In this document: positions 18,579 through 27,103 of the stretch, in pieces
Position numbering within the stretch: position 1 is the first letter of the stretch
Layout of the letters: every line of letters starts with the position of its first letter
Assembly (NCBI GenBank): GCA_937922745.1
Contig: CALAJO010000033.1
Location: 2,250 to 66,249 of the forward strand
Length of the DNA: 64,000 nt
DNA from: an uncultured cyanobacterium
GTDB lineage: Bacteria > Cyanobacteriota > Vampirovibrionia > Vampirovibrionales > JAGQHJ01
Direction: 5' to 3'
The notes under the pieces: generated by a model
Seen by the model: only the letters and a program-made list of their open reading frames with translations
Told to the model about the DNA's origin: nothing
Databases searched by the model: none
Program-made: the position numbers and the translations under genes

Positions 18579-18823
18579 TGTTTAACCCTCTTTACCAAGA
18601 GGCCACGTTCAAAGGTAATAGCGTCCAGTATAAAAAGTAAATCTATGGAAAGGATGAACCAGTCATAGTTAATAGGTGATTTTTGTCTTTGATGGGGAAT
18701 TGTTTTTCTGAATTCATCCCAAACCTTGGAAACCGTTTTTGGACGGTTTAAAAGCCGTAGAATTTCAGCACCCACTGAAATCAAGGCTCTGTCAGTTTTA
18801 AGATGCTTAGTTGGTAATATCAT
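18575..18823 (-). CDS. Small helical 'middle component' of the ABC-3C-type system
   Basis: 82 aa with 4-nt start/stop overlaps to both neighbours. Size and position match the three-component architecture. Confidence 0.55.
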   Translation of the reverse strand: MILPTKHLKTDRALISVGAEILRLLNRPKTVSKVWDEFRKTIPHQRQKSPINYDWFILSIDLLFILDAITFERGLLVKRVKQ

Positions 18824-19728
18824 ATTGCCTCCTTTGCATCTTCAAAAATGTCACAACGCTCGAAAAAATAACTCATAACGGCCAGTATTGCTGCTTCTCT
18901 AAGAGGCACATGTCTTTCTGAGCCACCAGTAAAAACTTGGAGAGCACGGAATATATCATCAGAAGATGAACCATGGGATTTCAACACTTGGTAGTAATCC
19001 CTGTAGCTTTGCGCTATTTGTTCTCCAAAGTCGGGATCAGGGTAGCCATTAAAAAACTGTTCAACAAGGTGTTCTTTCATCCGTCCGTGTCGCAACAGGA
19101 CTTCTACATCATATGATAAGCCATTAGCTTGTAATTTTTCCAGAGACGGAGCAGTAACTGGATAATTAGGATCCGGTTTATTTTTTTGTATATGGTCTAA
19201 AACAGGTTTTATATCATCAAATGTTAGGGTTTGAACTTGTTGAGAAGTGGGCATGGCTCCAAAAAGCTCGATTAGACGTTCCCTAGGAAGAAACAAAATT
19301 GTTTCTCTTATACTTTCATAACCAAAAACGCCAACAGAAATGACGGGTTCATTACCGTCCAGAGTATTTAAATGACGTACTACATCAGGGGGTAAAGAAC
19401 GCTGGTTGGTAACAAATCTCCAAACAGCCATCTCCGTCCAATGTGTTTTTGCTCCCGTAAAGTCTTCACCTATCTTTGTAAGCGTATCCCTTTGATCCAT
19501 TAACCCCTGGGGAGCATAACATTGATAGACAGTTTGCTCGGACTGCAAATACCCATCACACTTTCGGTCACCAATATTACCGTAATTCCTAACGACTATA
19601 AAATCGTCACCGTGCCTCATCAACATGAATCTTTCAAAAAAGCTTTGGAACTCATTGCCATGTTTTTCACAGCAAGCAAGTCTTATGTGTAGGCCATAGA
19701 AGCTTTTTTCCAATTCATCCATCATCAA
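18820..19728 (-). CDS. Putative effector component of the ABC-3C-type system
   Basis: 302 aa and first gene of the trio. The N-terminal NIGDRKCDGYL...VYQCY is reminiscent of an Mrr-like nuclease core, but the canonical Lys is not evident. Confidence 0.5.
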   Translation of the reverse strand: MMMDELEKSFYGLHIRLACCEKHGNEFQSFFERFMLMRHGDDFIVVRNYGNIGDRKCDGYLQSEQTVYQCYAPQGLMDQRDTLTKIGEDFTGAKTHWTEMAVWRFVTNQRSLPPDVVRHLNTLDGNEPVISVGVFGYESIRETILFLPRERLIELFGAMPTSQQVQTLTFDDIKPVLDHIQKNKPDPNYPVTAPSLEKLQANGLSYDVEVLLRHGRMKEHLVEQFFNGYPDPDFGEQIAQSYRDYYQVLKSHGSSSDDIFRALQVFTGGSERHVPLREAAILAVMSYFFERCDIFEDAKEAI

Positions 19729-19841
19729 GAACTCTTTTAGCCTGCCTTAAAACCACTTTTCTCTTATAAGGGACCACTTCCCCCACTCTATCAAGGGTAT
19801 TACAAATTGGTCTCCAGGCCAAGAGGAACTAGAGTTCCAGC

Positions 19842-20588
19842 CTATGATGGCTGTAAGATTAATGGTTGTTTTTTCTTGAAATCATAGTCCTTTGCTCTAA
19901 GGATACGGGAAACTTGGGCATGGCAAAGGGCCTCACTCTTGCTGTAACCTGCCTTAACAAATGCCTGTAATACATTTTCCCATGTTGCCCCTTTATCCAG
20001 GATATCAGCAGCCTTCTTGGGACCAATGCCAGGACACCCGGAGTAGCCGTCGGAGGAGTCTCCCGTCAGTGTCTGGAAGAAATGCCAGTAATCGGCTTCT
20101 TCTTCAGAGATTGAGTAGACACCCAGTTTCGGTTTATTGGTGTTGTAGTGAAGGCCGGGGACGGTCTTGAGGTCCTTATCGATAGACACGATGACTTTCT
20201 CTCCCTTGATGATCTTCTCCGTGGTAGCCAAGATTCCCAGGACATCATCACCCTCCAGGCTAGGACGTTCGTAAGACTTGTATTGGGTTTCCAGATGCTC
20301 CCGAAGTTCTCTCAGAATGATGGGTTTCCTTACCTTGTCTCTCCCCGCCTTATAGGTAGGCAGGATTTTCTTACGGAAGTAGTTTCGGGTTCTGTCAGAC
20401 AGAGCAATGACCAACTGATCTGCTTTCAGGTCTTCCTTGAGGCCAGCCAGGAAGTTGTCCATCTTGGCTTTGGCTTCCTTGCCATCGGCACGCAGGGTCC
20501 AGAGATCATCGCCCCAATGGATTGGGGTTTCGGCTGCCGTGGCGAACTGATAGGCCACGACATCGCCATCAATCAGTAGAGTTCTCAT
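19842..20588 (-). CDS. 5'-3' exonuclease / flap endonuclease (T7 gp6 analogue)
   Basis: From MRTLLIDGDVVAY (RBS GGAGAAATAACA): SIDKDL, and the H3TH motif GDSSDGYSGCPGIGPKKA. Confidence 0.85.
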   Translation of the reverse strand: MRTLLIDGDVVAYQFATAAETPIHWGDDLWTLRADGKEAKAKMDNFLAGLKEDLKADQLVIALSDRTRNYFRKKILPTYKAGRDKVRKPIILRELREHLETQYKSYERPSLEGDDVLGILATTEKIIKGEKVIVSIDKDLKTVPGLHYNTNKPKLGVYSISEEEADYWHFFQTLTGDSSDGYSGCPGIGPKKAADILDKGATWENVLQAFVKAGYSKSEALCHAQVSRILRAKDYDFKKKQPLILQPS

Positions 20589-20590
20589 TG

Positions 20591-21130
20591 TTATTTCTCC
20601 AAAGCTTTTACCAACAGGTGGAATCCGCTCCAATCAAACACCCGATACCCTTGCCACTCTTTGTTGTAAGGGGAGTCAAAGCAAATGGCTGTTCCATCAG
20701 GATAGGCTTTTTGCCAAGCTTCCAAGTTGTGCAAGCCATCGTCTAGCAAGACATCCCCTTGAATCAGTTCCTTGCGTTCGGCAAAGATAACGCTACTGAG
20801 GGGGAAGCCGGGTAAGTGGCGTTCTATCCACTTGCGTTTGTCCTCATGGCCGTACTTGCAATGGGTCACAAAGACCACATCATGGCCTTCCTGGATAAGC
20901 GTTTTCAGGGTGGAAAGGGCTCCAGGTATCGGTTCCAGGTGAAGGAAGAAGCCGGGGTCTTTGAGGAATTCTTCTACCTGGGCCTGGGTGAGATGAGGGG
21001 TCATCTTATGGATGTACCAATCAGTGACCTCCTCAGGCTTCAGATGGGTTCCATAGTAGCGGTTGATGAGGGACAACCAGTAAGGAACGAGATCCGCTGT
21101 TACCCCATCCATATCAATCAGGAGACGCAT
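20591..21130 (-). CDS. HAD-family 5'(3')-deoxyribonucleotidase
   Basis: Motif I is LIDMDGV. The overall pattern (...HLEPIPGA...VFVTH...DDG...) is typical of phage/cellular dNMP nucleotidases. Confidence 0.75.
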   Translation of the reverse strand: MRLLIDMDGVTADLVPYWLSLINRYYGTHLKPEEVTDWYIHKMTPHLTQAQVEEFLKDPGFFLHLEPIPGALSTLKTLIQEGHDVVFVTHCKYGHEDKRKWIERHLPGFPLSSVIFAERKELIQGDVLLDDGLHNLEAWQKAYPDGTAICFDSPYNKEWQGYRVFDWSGFHLLVKALEK

Positions 21131-21426
21131 CGGTCATCGGTTCCTATGGATTTGATTTCGTAAGCCAGGAGGAACAGGATGCCACAGCCCGCATGGGCCA
21201 AGTGGCTCAAGCCGGACTCAGGATCTCTATCCTCTCCTTGCATCCAGGCAAACAGGTGGCGAAGGATGCCCCCTACCAGACGGGTCCACTCCATCCCTTG
21301 ACGCCAGTTGTACCGTCCATATTTCTGAGCCCCGAAGGCCAGGACTTTGCCTACTTCAATCAGGGACTCAAAGGGCAGTAGTTCCAGGGGCACTTTGTCT
21401 GAATCGAGCTTTAATGCTTTTGACAT
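21118..21426 (-). CDS. MazG-like nucleotide pyrophosphohydrolase (DUF5664-type dATP/dGTP diphosphohydrolase-like)
   Basis: DSDKVPLELLP...GAQKYGRYNWRQG...HLFAW...DPESGLSHLAHA recalls the phage family annotated this way. The assignment is from memory only. Confidence 0.5.
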   Translation of the reverse strand: MSKALKLDSDKVPLELLPFESLIEVGKVLAFGAQKYGRYNWRQGMEWTRLVGGILRHLFAWMQGEDRDPESGLSHLAHAGCGILFLLAYEIKSIGTDDRCVS

Positions 21427-21428
21427 GA

Positions 21429-21911
21429 CTAGCCCTCCGGGTAATCCAAAAATCGGTGATCATCAAAGAGATGAACTTCCCGATGGCAGTTGGAGCAAAG
21501 CAGGTGGCATTTCTTGGCCTCTTCCCGGATGTAGGTCCAGGTTCGACCGGAAAGGATGTAGCCACTGAGCCTGCTTTCCTTGAATTTCGGGTCCCGGTGA
21601 TGCACATCAAACACTTGCGGGTGATAAGCCCGTTTACATCGTTCGCATTGGCCACCCAGAAGGGCCACCAGTTTGCATTTGACATAGGCTCGGCGCTTGT
21701 TCTGGTATTCGTTCCGGCTAGTGGGTTTCCGACCAGTTCTGTCCAATCTTGTACTCTCCTGTGATGGGGCATCGAAAATTGAAGTGCTGTCCGGCACGTT
21801 CGAAGCACCGGACGGCGATTTGTCCGATTTCATGGGCAAGTTCCTCTTTGACTTGAAGTTGGATTTCATCGTGAATATGGGCCACCTGTGCCCAATCCCG
21901 TCCCCAGACAA
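21429..21911 (-). CDS. HNH endonuclease
   Basis: CERCKRAY...DVHHRD...CSNCHREVH is an HNH/zinc-finger core. The longest ORF overlaps the DNAP 3' end by 194 nt, so the true start is probably internal (e.g. 21833). Confidence 0.7.
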   Translation of the reverse strand: MSGDGIGHRWPIFTMKSNFKSKRNLPMKSDKSPSGASNVPDSTSIFDAPSQESTRLDRTGRKPTSRNEYQNKRRAYVKCKLVALLGGQCERCKRAYHPQVFDVHHRDPKFKESRLSGYILSGRTWTYIREEAKKCHLLCSNCHREVHLFDDHRFLDYPEG

Positions 21912-23514
21912 AGCCCTTTTGGGTCAGTTCCTGGTAGAGAAACACGGTGGCTTGCTTGACCAGCAAGGCCCCTGCCGATTGAAGCAAGGTGTTTAATGCG
22001 GAATGTTGAGAACGAATATGCAGGTGACGGCCATCCAGGCCCTTGAGATAGCCTCGTTTTTCAATCGTTTTGGTGATTTCGTCCTTGAGCTGTCTAAGGG
22101 CAGGCGTTCTAGCCAGAAAGCGTTTCTTTAAGAATCTGCCGTCTTTGCCCCCCTTGCCTATAATGCTGCCGATCTTGGCGTCACCGGCTCCGTACAGGAA
22201 GGCGTAAATAAACTTTTTGGCTTGTTCCCGTGTTGGAAGCCCGGCAGCCTTTTGGTTGGCAACGTGGATGTCACCCTCTAAAAGTTCCTTGGCATAAGCG
22301 CCGCCATCATAACGAGCCATGTAATGAGCAAGGCAACGAAGCTCCAAGCTACTTGCATCAGCACCGAGGAGACAATAACCGTCAGGCACGGTAAAAAGAC
22401 TTCGACATTCTTTTCCATAAGGCACTCCTTTGGCAGGCACTTGGGCAATGTTGGGATACTTATGGGTACAGCGGCCTGTAACAGCTCCGTTGGTCACCAC
22501 TTGCCCGTGAATCCGGCCATTCTTTTCCATCTTGAGCCAAGCCTGTTGGCCTTCTGAAAGTTGGCCGATGCGTTTTTGAATCATCAGATATTCAGCCAAC
22601 AGCTTAGCTTCTGGCCATTCCAGCTTGTCTAGGAGGGTTTCGTCCACCTTGGGCTTACCGTCTTCGGTAAATTCAGAGGGCTTCCAGTCTCGTTGGGCTT
22701 TGAGTCTTAAGGCAATGTGGTCCCGGCTGCCGGGGTTAAACTCCACCCGCTTGACCTTTTCAGTGGGAATGCCCTTCCGGTAGCCCAGCTTGGTGTTGTT
22801 TACCTTTGGGACAAATTGGGTTCGTTCTTCCCACGCCGGGAAATAGCTTTGAATCTCCTGTTCCAGTTCCATCCGGCGCTGGCAGAGTTGAGAATAGAGT
22901 TTCTGAGCGGCCATCCGGTCAAAGCAGAAACCATGTTGCTCTTGTTTGAACAGGATGTGGGCAAAGTCATGTTCCAGTTGAATGGCTTGTTCACTGTATT
23001 GCTTGGATTGAAACTTCTTCCAGAGAGCATAAGTAACCCGTGTATCCTGTTCGCAATAGGCTTGCATGGCTTCGGACCAGTGGGACCAATCCCCAGATTG
23101 CTTAAACTCTCCCTTCAACACCCCCAGTCGATATCCCCAGGCTTCCAGCGAATGTCTTCCAATCATCTTGGTGGGGAAGTCCGGGGTCTTTTGGCGGTGC
23201 TTGAAATCTCGCTCGTTGAGATCCGTATAAATCAAGCGGCTGATGACGATGGTATCCCGGATCTGCCCTTGAGGCTGAAACCAGGGATAAAGCTTCTGGA
23301 TGGCTGGGATGTCAAACTTGATGATATTGTGACCGACGATGAGGTCCGCCTTCATGAGTTCACGAAGACCCTCTTCAATCGTCATCACAAAGGCGTATTT
23401 GTCGGGAGGACAGCTTATGATGTCCACTGTATCCAGATCCAACAGCACCAAGCAGTGAATCTGAGTTAAATCCTCCAAAAGACCGTCGGTCTCGATATCG
23501 AAGATGTATCGCAT
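21718..23514 (-). CDS. Family A DNA polymerase with 3'-5' exonuclease (T7 gp5 analogue)
   Basis: ExoI is FDIETDG. Motif A is GADASSLELR, motif B is REQAKKFIYAFLYGAG and motif C is HIHDEIQL. Confidence 0.95.
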   Translation of the reverse strand: MRYIFDIETDGLLEDLTQIHCLVLLDLDTVDIISCPPDKYAFVMTIEEGLRELMKADLIVGHNIIKFDIPAIQKLYPWFQPQGQIRDTIVISRLIYTDLNERDFKHRQKTPDFPTKMIGRHSLEAWGYRLGVLKGEFKQSGDWSHWSEAMQAYCEQDTRVTYALWKKFQSKQYSEQAIQLEHDFAHILFKQEQHGFCFDRMAAQKLYSQLCQRRMELEQEIQSYFPAWEERTQFVPKVNNTKLGYRKGIPTEKVKRVEFNPGSRDHIALRLKAQRDWKPSEFTEDGKPKVDETLLDKLEWPEAKLLAEYLMIQKRIGQLSEGQQAWLKMEKNGRIHGQVVTNGAVTGRCTHKYPNIAQVPAKGVPYGKECRSLFTVPDGYCLLGADASSLELRCLAHYMARYDGGAYAKELLEGDIHVANQKAAGLPTREQAKKFIYAFLYGAGDAKIGSIIGKGGKDGRFLKKRFLARTPALRQLKDEITKTIEKRGYLKGLDGRHLHIRSQHSALNTLLQSAGALLVKQATVFLYQELTQKGFVWGRDWAQVAHIHDEIQLQVKEELAHEIGQIAVRCFERAGQHFNFRCPITGEYKIGQNWSETH

Positions 23515-23524
23515 ATCGAGACTC

Positions 23525-24082
23525 CTATATGTTTATGTCACATTGAATCTCATTGCCCCAGCTATCCCAGCCAGATCGTTTCTGACGGGCAAATAGTTCC
23601 AGCTTTTGAGCATCAGGATACATAGCTTCAATTCGTTCATACTGCTCATCCGGCTTTCGGGAATGCTCTCGACGGGGTGAGAGGATGAGGCTGGAAATGG
23701 TATTGACTGTCGGTTTTACCACCGGGCCTTTGGTGGCCAGCAAGCAGACTTCCGCATTGCTTTTGGTGTAATAGCCAACGCCAAAGAAGGGTGTTTGAGA
23801 CTTGGGGTTCAGCTTGCACCAAGTAAAGCCAATGGTTTTGTATTGGAAACCCCAGGCTTTTATGACTTCCAGGGCATCTTCCAGCATGGGGAATGTCGCC
23901 CAGAGAAACAGGATGCAACCATTGGGATCGGCCAGCTCACCTACCGGCAAGTTGCAGATGTCCTTGGTGGACATCAGGTCATAGTGACCGCAAGCACCTC
24001 CCCGGAATCGGGTTTTGTGGTTGGCTCTGGAATTGTATCTCCAAGGCGGATCCGCCAGGATGACCTGATACTTAGTAGTCAT
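23525..24082 (-). CDS. MT-A70-family N6-adenine DNA methyltransferase
   Basis: The catalytic motif is ILADPPWRY. Its size and remaining sequence fit the MT-A70/Dam-like phage methylases. The start is uncertain (24097, 24091 or 24082). Confidence 0.85.
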   Translation of the reverse strand: MTTKYQVILADPPWRYNSRANHKTRFRGGACGHYDLMSTKDICNLPVGELADPNGCILFLWATFPMLEDALEVIKAWGFQYKTIGFTWCKLNPKSQTPFFGVGYYTKSNAEVCLLATKGPVVKPTVNTISSLILSPRREHSRKPDEQYERIEAMYPDAQKLELFARQKRSGWDSWGNEIQCDINI

Positions 24083-25667
24083 CCCCACCATCTCCACCGG
24101 ATTCCAAGAATGGATTCTCTTCCGTTAAGCGACCTGTTTCCGGGATGTAGCGAAGGTAACAGGTTACGCCTGTTTCCCCACTGAAACGGTTTTTCAGGAC
24201 TCGAACCAAGGTCACGTTGGACTCCTTGGTATCCTGTTGGTTGCGTTCCAGGCCAATCACCAGATCCGAAAGCTGGGCAATGCCTGCTGAACCTCGTAAT
24301 TGAGACAGGGAGGTTTGGGCTCCTTCCTCATGGCCTTTGTTGCCTTCCGGGCGTTTGAGGTGGGAAATGAGAATTAATCCAACACCCAGTTCTTCCACCA
24401 GGGAGCGCAATGCCGTCATCGTGTTATCAATAATCCGGCGTTCGTCCCCTTCACTGAGACCGGAAATCACAATGGACAGGTGGTCCAGGATGATCCAGTT
24501 GCAATCGAATCCACGGGCCAGGAAGCGAATCCGACGAACCAGGTTTTCGCTATCCAAAGATCCGAAGTGGTCATAGAAAAAGACCCTTCCAGTTCCGAGG
24601 GTTTGGTCAAAGGCCAAGCGGAGGTCTTCATCACTGACCCCACCTCGATCCAGGTGCAACGGTTTACTGAGATGAAGACCCATGAGCCCCAGGGCCGTCC
24701 GCTTGACGTTTTCTTCCAGGGCAATGTAACCAACGGTTTCGCCCTGCTGAATCAAATGATAGGCGATCTCTCGACACGTCAGGGACTTCCCGATTCCGCT
24801 GCCTGCCGTAAATGTCACCAGCTCCCCTTTTCGTAAGCCGTGGGTTTTGGTATTCAGTCCAGGCCAAGGATAGGGAATGGCTTGGGCATCATCATCCTGG
24901 GTGACGACCTCCCAGAGTTCATTGCCTGAGACAATGCCATCCGGGCGGAAAGTTCTGGCCTCCCAGATGGCATCCAGAAGTTCCTTACCACGGCCCGCAA
25001 CCAACATATCATTGGCATCCTTAAGCGGTAGCGACGCAATCTTCGCTTTGCCGGGGCTGAGTAGTAAGGCACATTCGGCGGCAGACTCACGACCTTGTTT
25101 GTCGTTGTCAAACATGAAAACCACCGTCTCAAATTGCTCAAGCCAGTCCAGATTTCGTTGAATAGCCTTCTTAGCGCCTTGAGCGCCATTTGGGACGGAG
25201 ACAACCGGCCACCGATGGTTTTGAAGTTGGGATACGGATAAAGCGTCAATCTCTCCCTCGGTGATCACCACCATCTTCCCGCCATCCCGCCAGAGCCATT
25301 GGCCGTAAAGGCTAACGGCTTGGGGATTGCCCAGGAATTTAAACGTCTTGTCCGCAAAACGGATCTTCTGGGCAATGACATCGCCTTTGTAATTCCGGTA
25401 GTTGGCAATCTGAACCGGTTGGCCCTGGAAGTGTCCCTGTTGGTAATCCCATTTGGCACAACTGGCCAGAGTCAGACAGCGCTTTTTAATTTCTCTGCAT
25501 TCTCCGGCTACCGGATTAAATCGGCGTTGGGGACGGTGACGATGTTTGAGTTTGGATTCCCAGTAGTTACAACCGGGTGTGAAACATTTGGCGTGACCAT
25601 CCGGCCAGCGGCTCAAATTATCAATACTGCCGCAAGCTGGACAGGGTTCGTGTTGAACGGCTTCCAT
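24072..25667 (-). CDS. Bifunctional primase-helicase (T7 gp4 analogue)
   Basis: Zinc ribbon CPACGS...CFTPGC, TOPRIM (ITEGEIDALS...FDNDKQG), helicase Walker A FTAGSGIGKS and Walker B ILDHLS. The ATG at 25667 is preceded by AGGAG. Confidence 0.95.
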   Translation of the reverse strand: MEAVQHEPCPACGSIDNLSRWPDGHAKCFTPGCNYWESKLKHRHRPQRRFNPVAGECREIKKRCLTLASCAKWDYQQGHFQGQPVQIANYRNYKGDVIAQKIRFADKTFKFLGNPQAVSLYGQWLWRDGGKMVVITEGEIDALSVSQLQNHRWPVVSVPNGAQGAKKAIQRNLDWLEQFETVVFMFDNDKQGRESAAECALLLSPGKAKIASLPLKDANDMLVAGRGKELLDAIWEARTFRPDGIVSGNELWEVVTQDDDAQAIPYPWPGLNTKTHGLRKGELVTFTAGSGIGKSLTCREIAYHLIQQGETVGYIALEENVKRTALGLMGLHLSKPLHLDRGGVSDEDLRLAFDQTLGTGRVFFYDHFGSLDSENLVRRIRFLARGFDCNWIILDHLSIVISGLSEGDERRIIDNTMTALRSLVEELGVGLILISHLKRPEGNKGHEEGAQTSLSQLRGSAGIAQLSDLVIGLERNQQDTKESNVTLVRVLKNRFSGETGVTCYLRYIPETGRLTEENPFLESGGDGGDDY

Positions 25668-25686
25668 AAAGCTTGCTCCTGTCTGC

Positions 25687-25729
25687 AAAAAGAAAAAGAG
25701 GGCAGCCTAAGCAACGCTCAAACTGCCCT
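25687..25729 (-). terminator. Intrinsic terminator after the alpha/beta-hydrolase gene
   Basis: Minus strand reads AGGGCAG-17 nt loop-CTGCCCT followed by CTTTTTCTTTTT. Confidence 0.5.
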
Positions 25730-25754
25730 TCAGGGGGTTAGCGAGGAGTATGGG

Positions 25755-26411
25755 TTAGGAGAAGAGAGGGGAAAATATGGCTTTTACAGCTTTTAGATAC
25801 GTTTGCATGTTGTGAAAAGACTTAATGGGGAACTGATCACCCGGCTTACACCCTAATCCGTCAATGTATCCGCTCAGGATGTCATCGGAACTGTATATAT
25901 TGAACCAATCCGTGACAACCGGGCGGTTGCGGTTAGGGACTTTGAGAAACTGTTTAACCAGTTTTTCCAAAGGCGGTGAACCCAGTGTGGAACCGATGGT
26001 GATGAGAACCGGTTTACCACCAATGCCAGGGTAGTTTTTGATGGTTTCATAGGCCACCACACTACCGAGGCTGAAGCCTATAACAATGGCATTGGGGTTT
26101 TGTCGAAGCACATTAGCCAGCCGGTTCAGGATTTTCTTACGGACACCGGGCACCAGAAAGTACACCAGGATGTCGTCTACATAGTCCTGGATGTAATTAG
26201 CGGCTAAACCAACAACCGGCTTGGCATAATAGAGGGCCGCAATCCGGGCACTCCAGACCAGGGCTTTATTAAGCCAGTTCTTTTCCATCAGGTCTTCATA
26301 GACAAACTCAATGAGTTGATCTTCCTGAATGCCCAGAGTTTCTTTCACTTGGACGTGTTTCGTCCACCCAGGATCAGCATTGCCAATCCCGTTTATCGCA
26401 ATCACTTTCAT
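25755..26411 (-). CDS. Small alpha/beta-fold serine hydrolase (esterase/lipase-like)
   Basis: Nucleophile elbow GFSLGS, with later SSDDILSG and SFHNM as candidate Asp/His of a triad. RBS is GGAGAGCG. Confidence 0.55.
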   Translation of the reverse strand: MKVIAINGIGNADPGWTKHVQVKETLGIQEDQLIEFVYEDLMEKNWLNKALVWSARIAALYYAKPVVGLAANYIQDYVDDILVYFLVPGVRKKILNRLANVLRQNPNAIVIGFSLGSVVAYETIKNYPGIGGKPVLITIGSTLGSPPLEKLVKQFLKVPNRNRPVVTDWFNIYSSDDILSGYIDGLGCKPGDQFPIKSFHNMQTYLKAVKAIFSPLFS

Positions 26412-26422
26412 ATAGCGCTCTC

Positions 26423-27103
26423 CTAGTCGTAACGAAGCAGAGCGCTCCAGGTCCGGGGACCGACAATGCCGTCATCCATCAGGCGTTCCCGTTGTTGAAA
26501 CGCCTTGACGACCTTGGTGGTTTCCGGGCCAAAGACACCATCGACCTGAATTTGATAGAATCGACTGAGCTTGGCCTGAAGGGTCTTGACCAGTGGTCCT
26601 TTGGAACCTTGTCTCAACACTGAATAGACCAGCGGTTTATAGGGCTTGGGCTCTTTTAAATTTGAGCCTTGACCATTGCCTAGAGCTTTTCGGCGTTCCT
26701 GCCAGTCTTTGACATTGAAGGAAGGACAGCCACGGCCTGGGTTTAAGTCTCGATGTCCAACCACTTTGGCTTTTGGAAACTGTTGCTCCAATTCGGCAAC
26801 CAGCTTTTCCAGGGTGAGCCACTGGGCTGGGGTATAGTTGTTTTCAGGGGTTTTGTTGTCATTGGCGACACCGCCAACAAGGCAGATGCCGATACTTCGC
26901 TCGTTAAAGCCTACGGCATGGGCTCCAACAGCGTTGAGTTCACGACCATACTCAATAGAGCCGTCCCGTCTAATCACAAAGTGATAGCCGATACGGAACC
27001 ACCCCTTTGCCCGATGCCAACGGTCGATTTCCTTGGCACCAATATCCATTCCGGCTGGGGTGGCCGAACAATGGATAACGATAAAATCTGTACTCTTTCT
27101 CAT
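26423..27103 (-). CDS. N-acetylmuramoyl-L-alanine amidase (T7 lysozyme gp3.5 analogue) fused to a C-terminal peptidoglycan-binding domain
   Basis: FIVIHCSATP, GYHFVIRRDG and VVGHRDL...CPSF are Amidase_2 motifs. LRQGSKGPLVKTLQAKL...DGVFGPETTKVVKAFQ...DGIVGPRTWSAL is a PG_binding_1 repeat. ATGA overlap with the endonuclease gene. Confidence 0.9.
   Translation of the reverse strand: MRKSTDFIVIHCSATPAGMDIGAKEIDRWHRAKGWFRIGYHFVIRRDGSIEYGRELNAVGAHAVGFNERSIGICLVGGVANDNKTPENNYTPAQWLTLEKLVAELEQQFPKAKVVGHRDLNPGRGCPSFNVKDWQERRKALGNGQGSNLKEPKPYKPLVYSVLRQGSKGPLVKTLQAKLSRFYQIQVDGVFGPETTKVVKAFQQRERLMDDGIVGPRTWSALLRYD

Noticed and set aside
19729-19860. Possible junction between two tandemly integrated elements (accessory island 10.3-19.7 kb versus phage core)
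   Set aside because: I looked for a third copy of the att core CTTGTAAG or tRNA-like sequence here and found only an unrelated CTGTAAG. The ABC-3C genes are co-oriented with and abut the exonuclease gene, so I treat the region as cargo of one element. The whole 42 kb was not scanned exhaustively.
21118-21426. Z-genome (2-aminoadenine) pathway suggested by the MazG-like dATP/dGTP pyrophosphohydrolase-like gene
   Set aside because: No PurZ (adenylosuccinate-synthetase-like) or DatZ (HD dATPase) candidate is present anywhere in the prophage. The single gene is insufficient evidence.
22717-23469. 250-aa plus-strand ORF inside the DNA polymerase gene
   Set aside because: It is antisense to a gene with all the family A polymerase motifs. 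It has no RBS and no recognisable motif.
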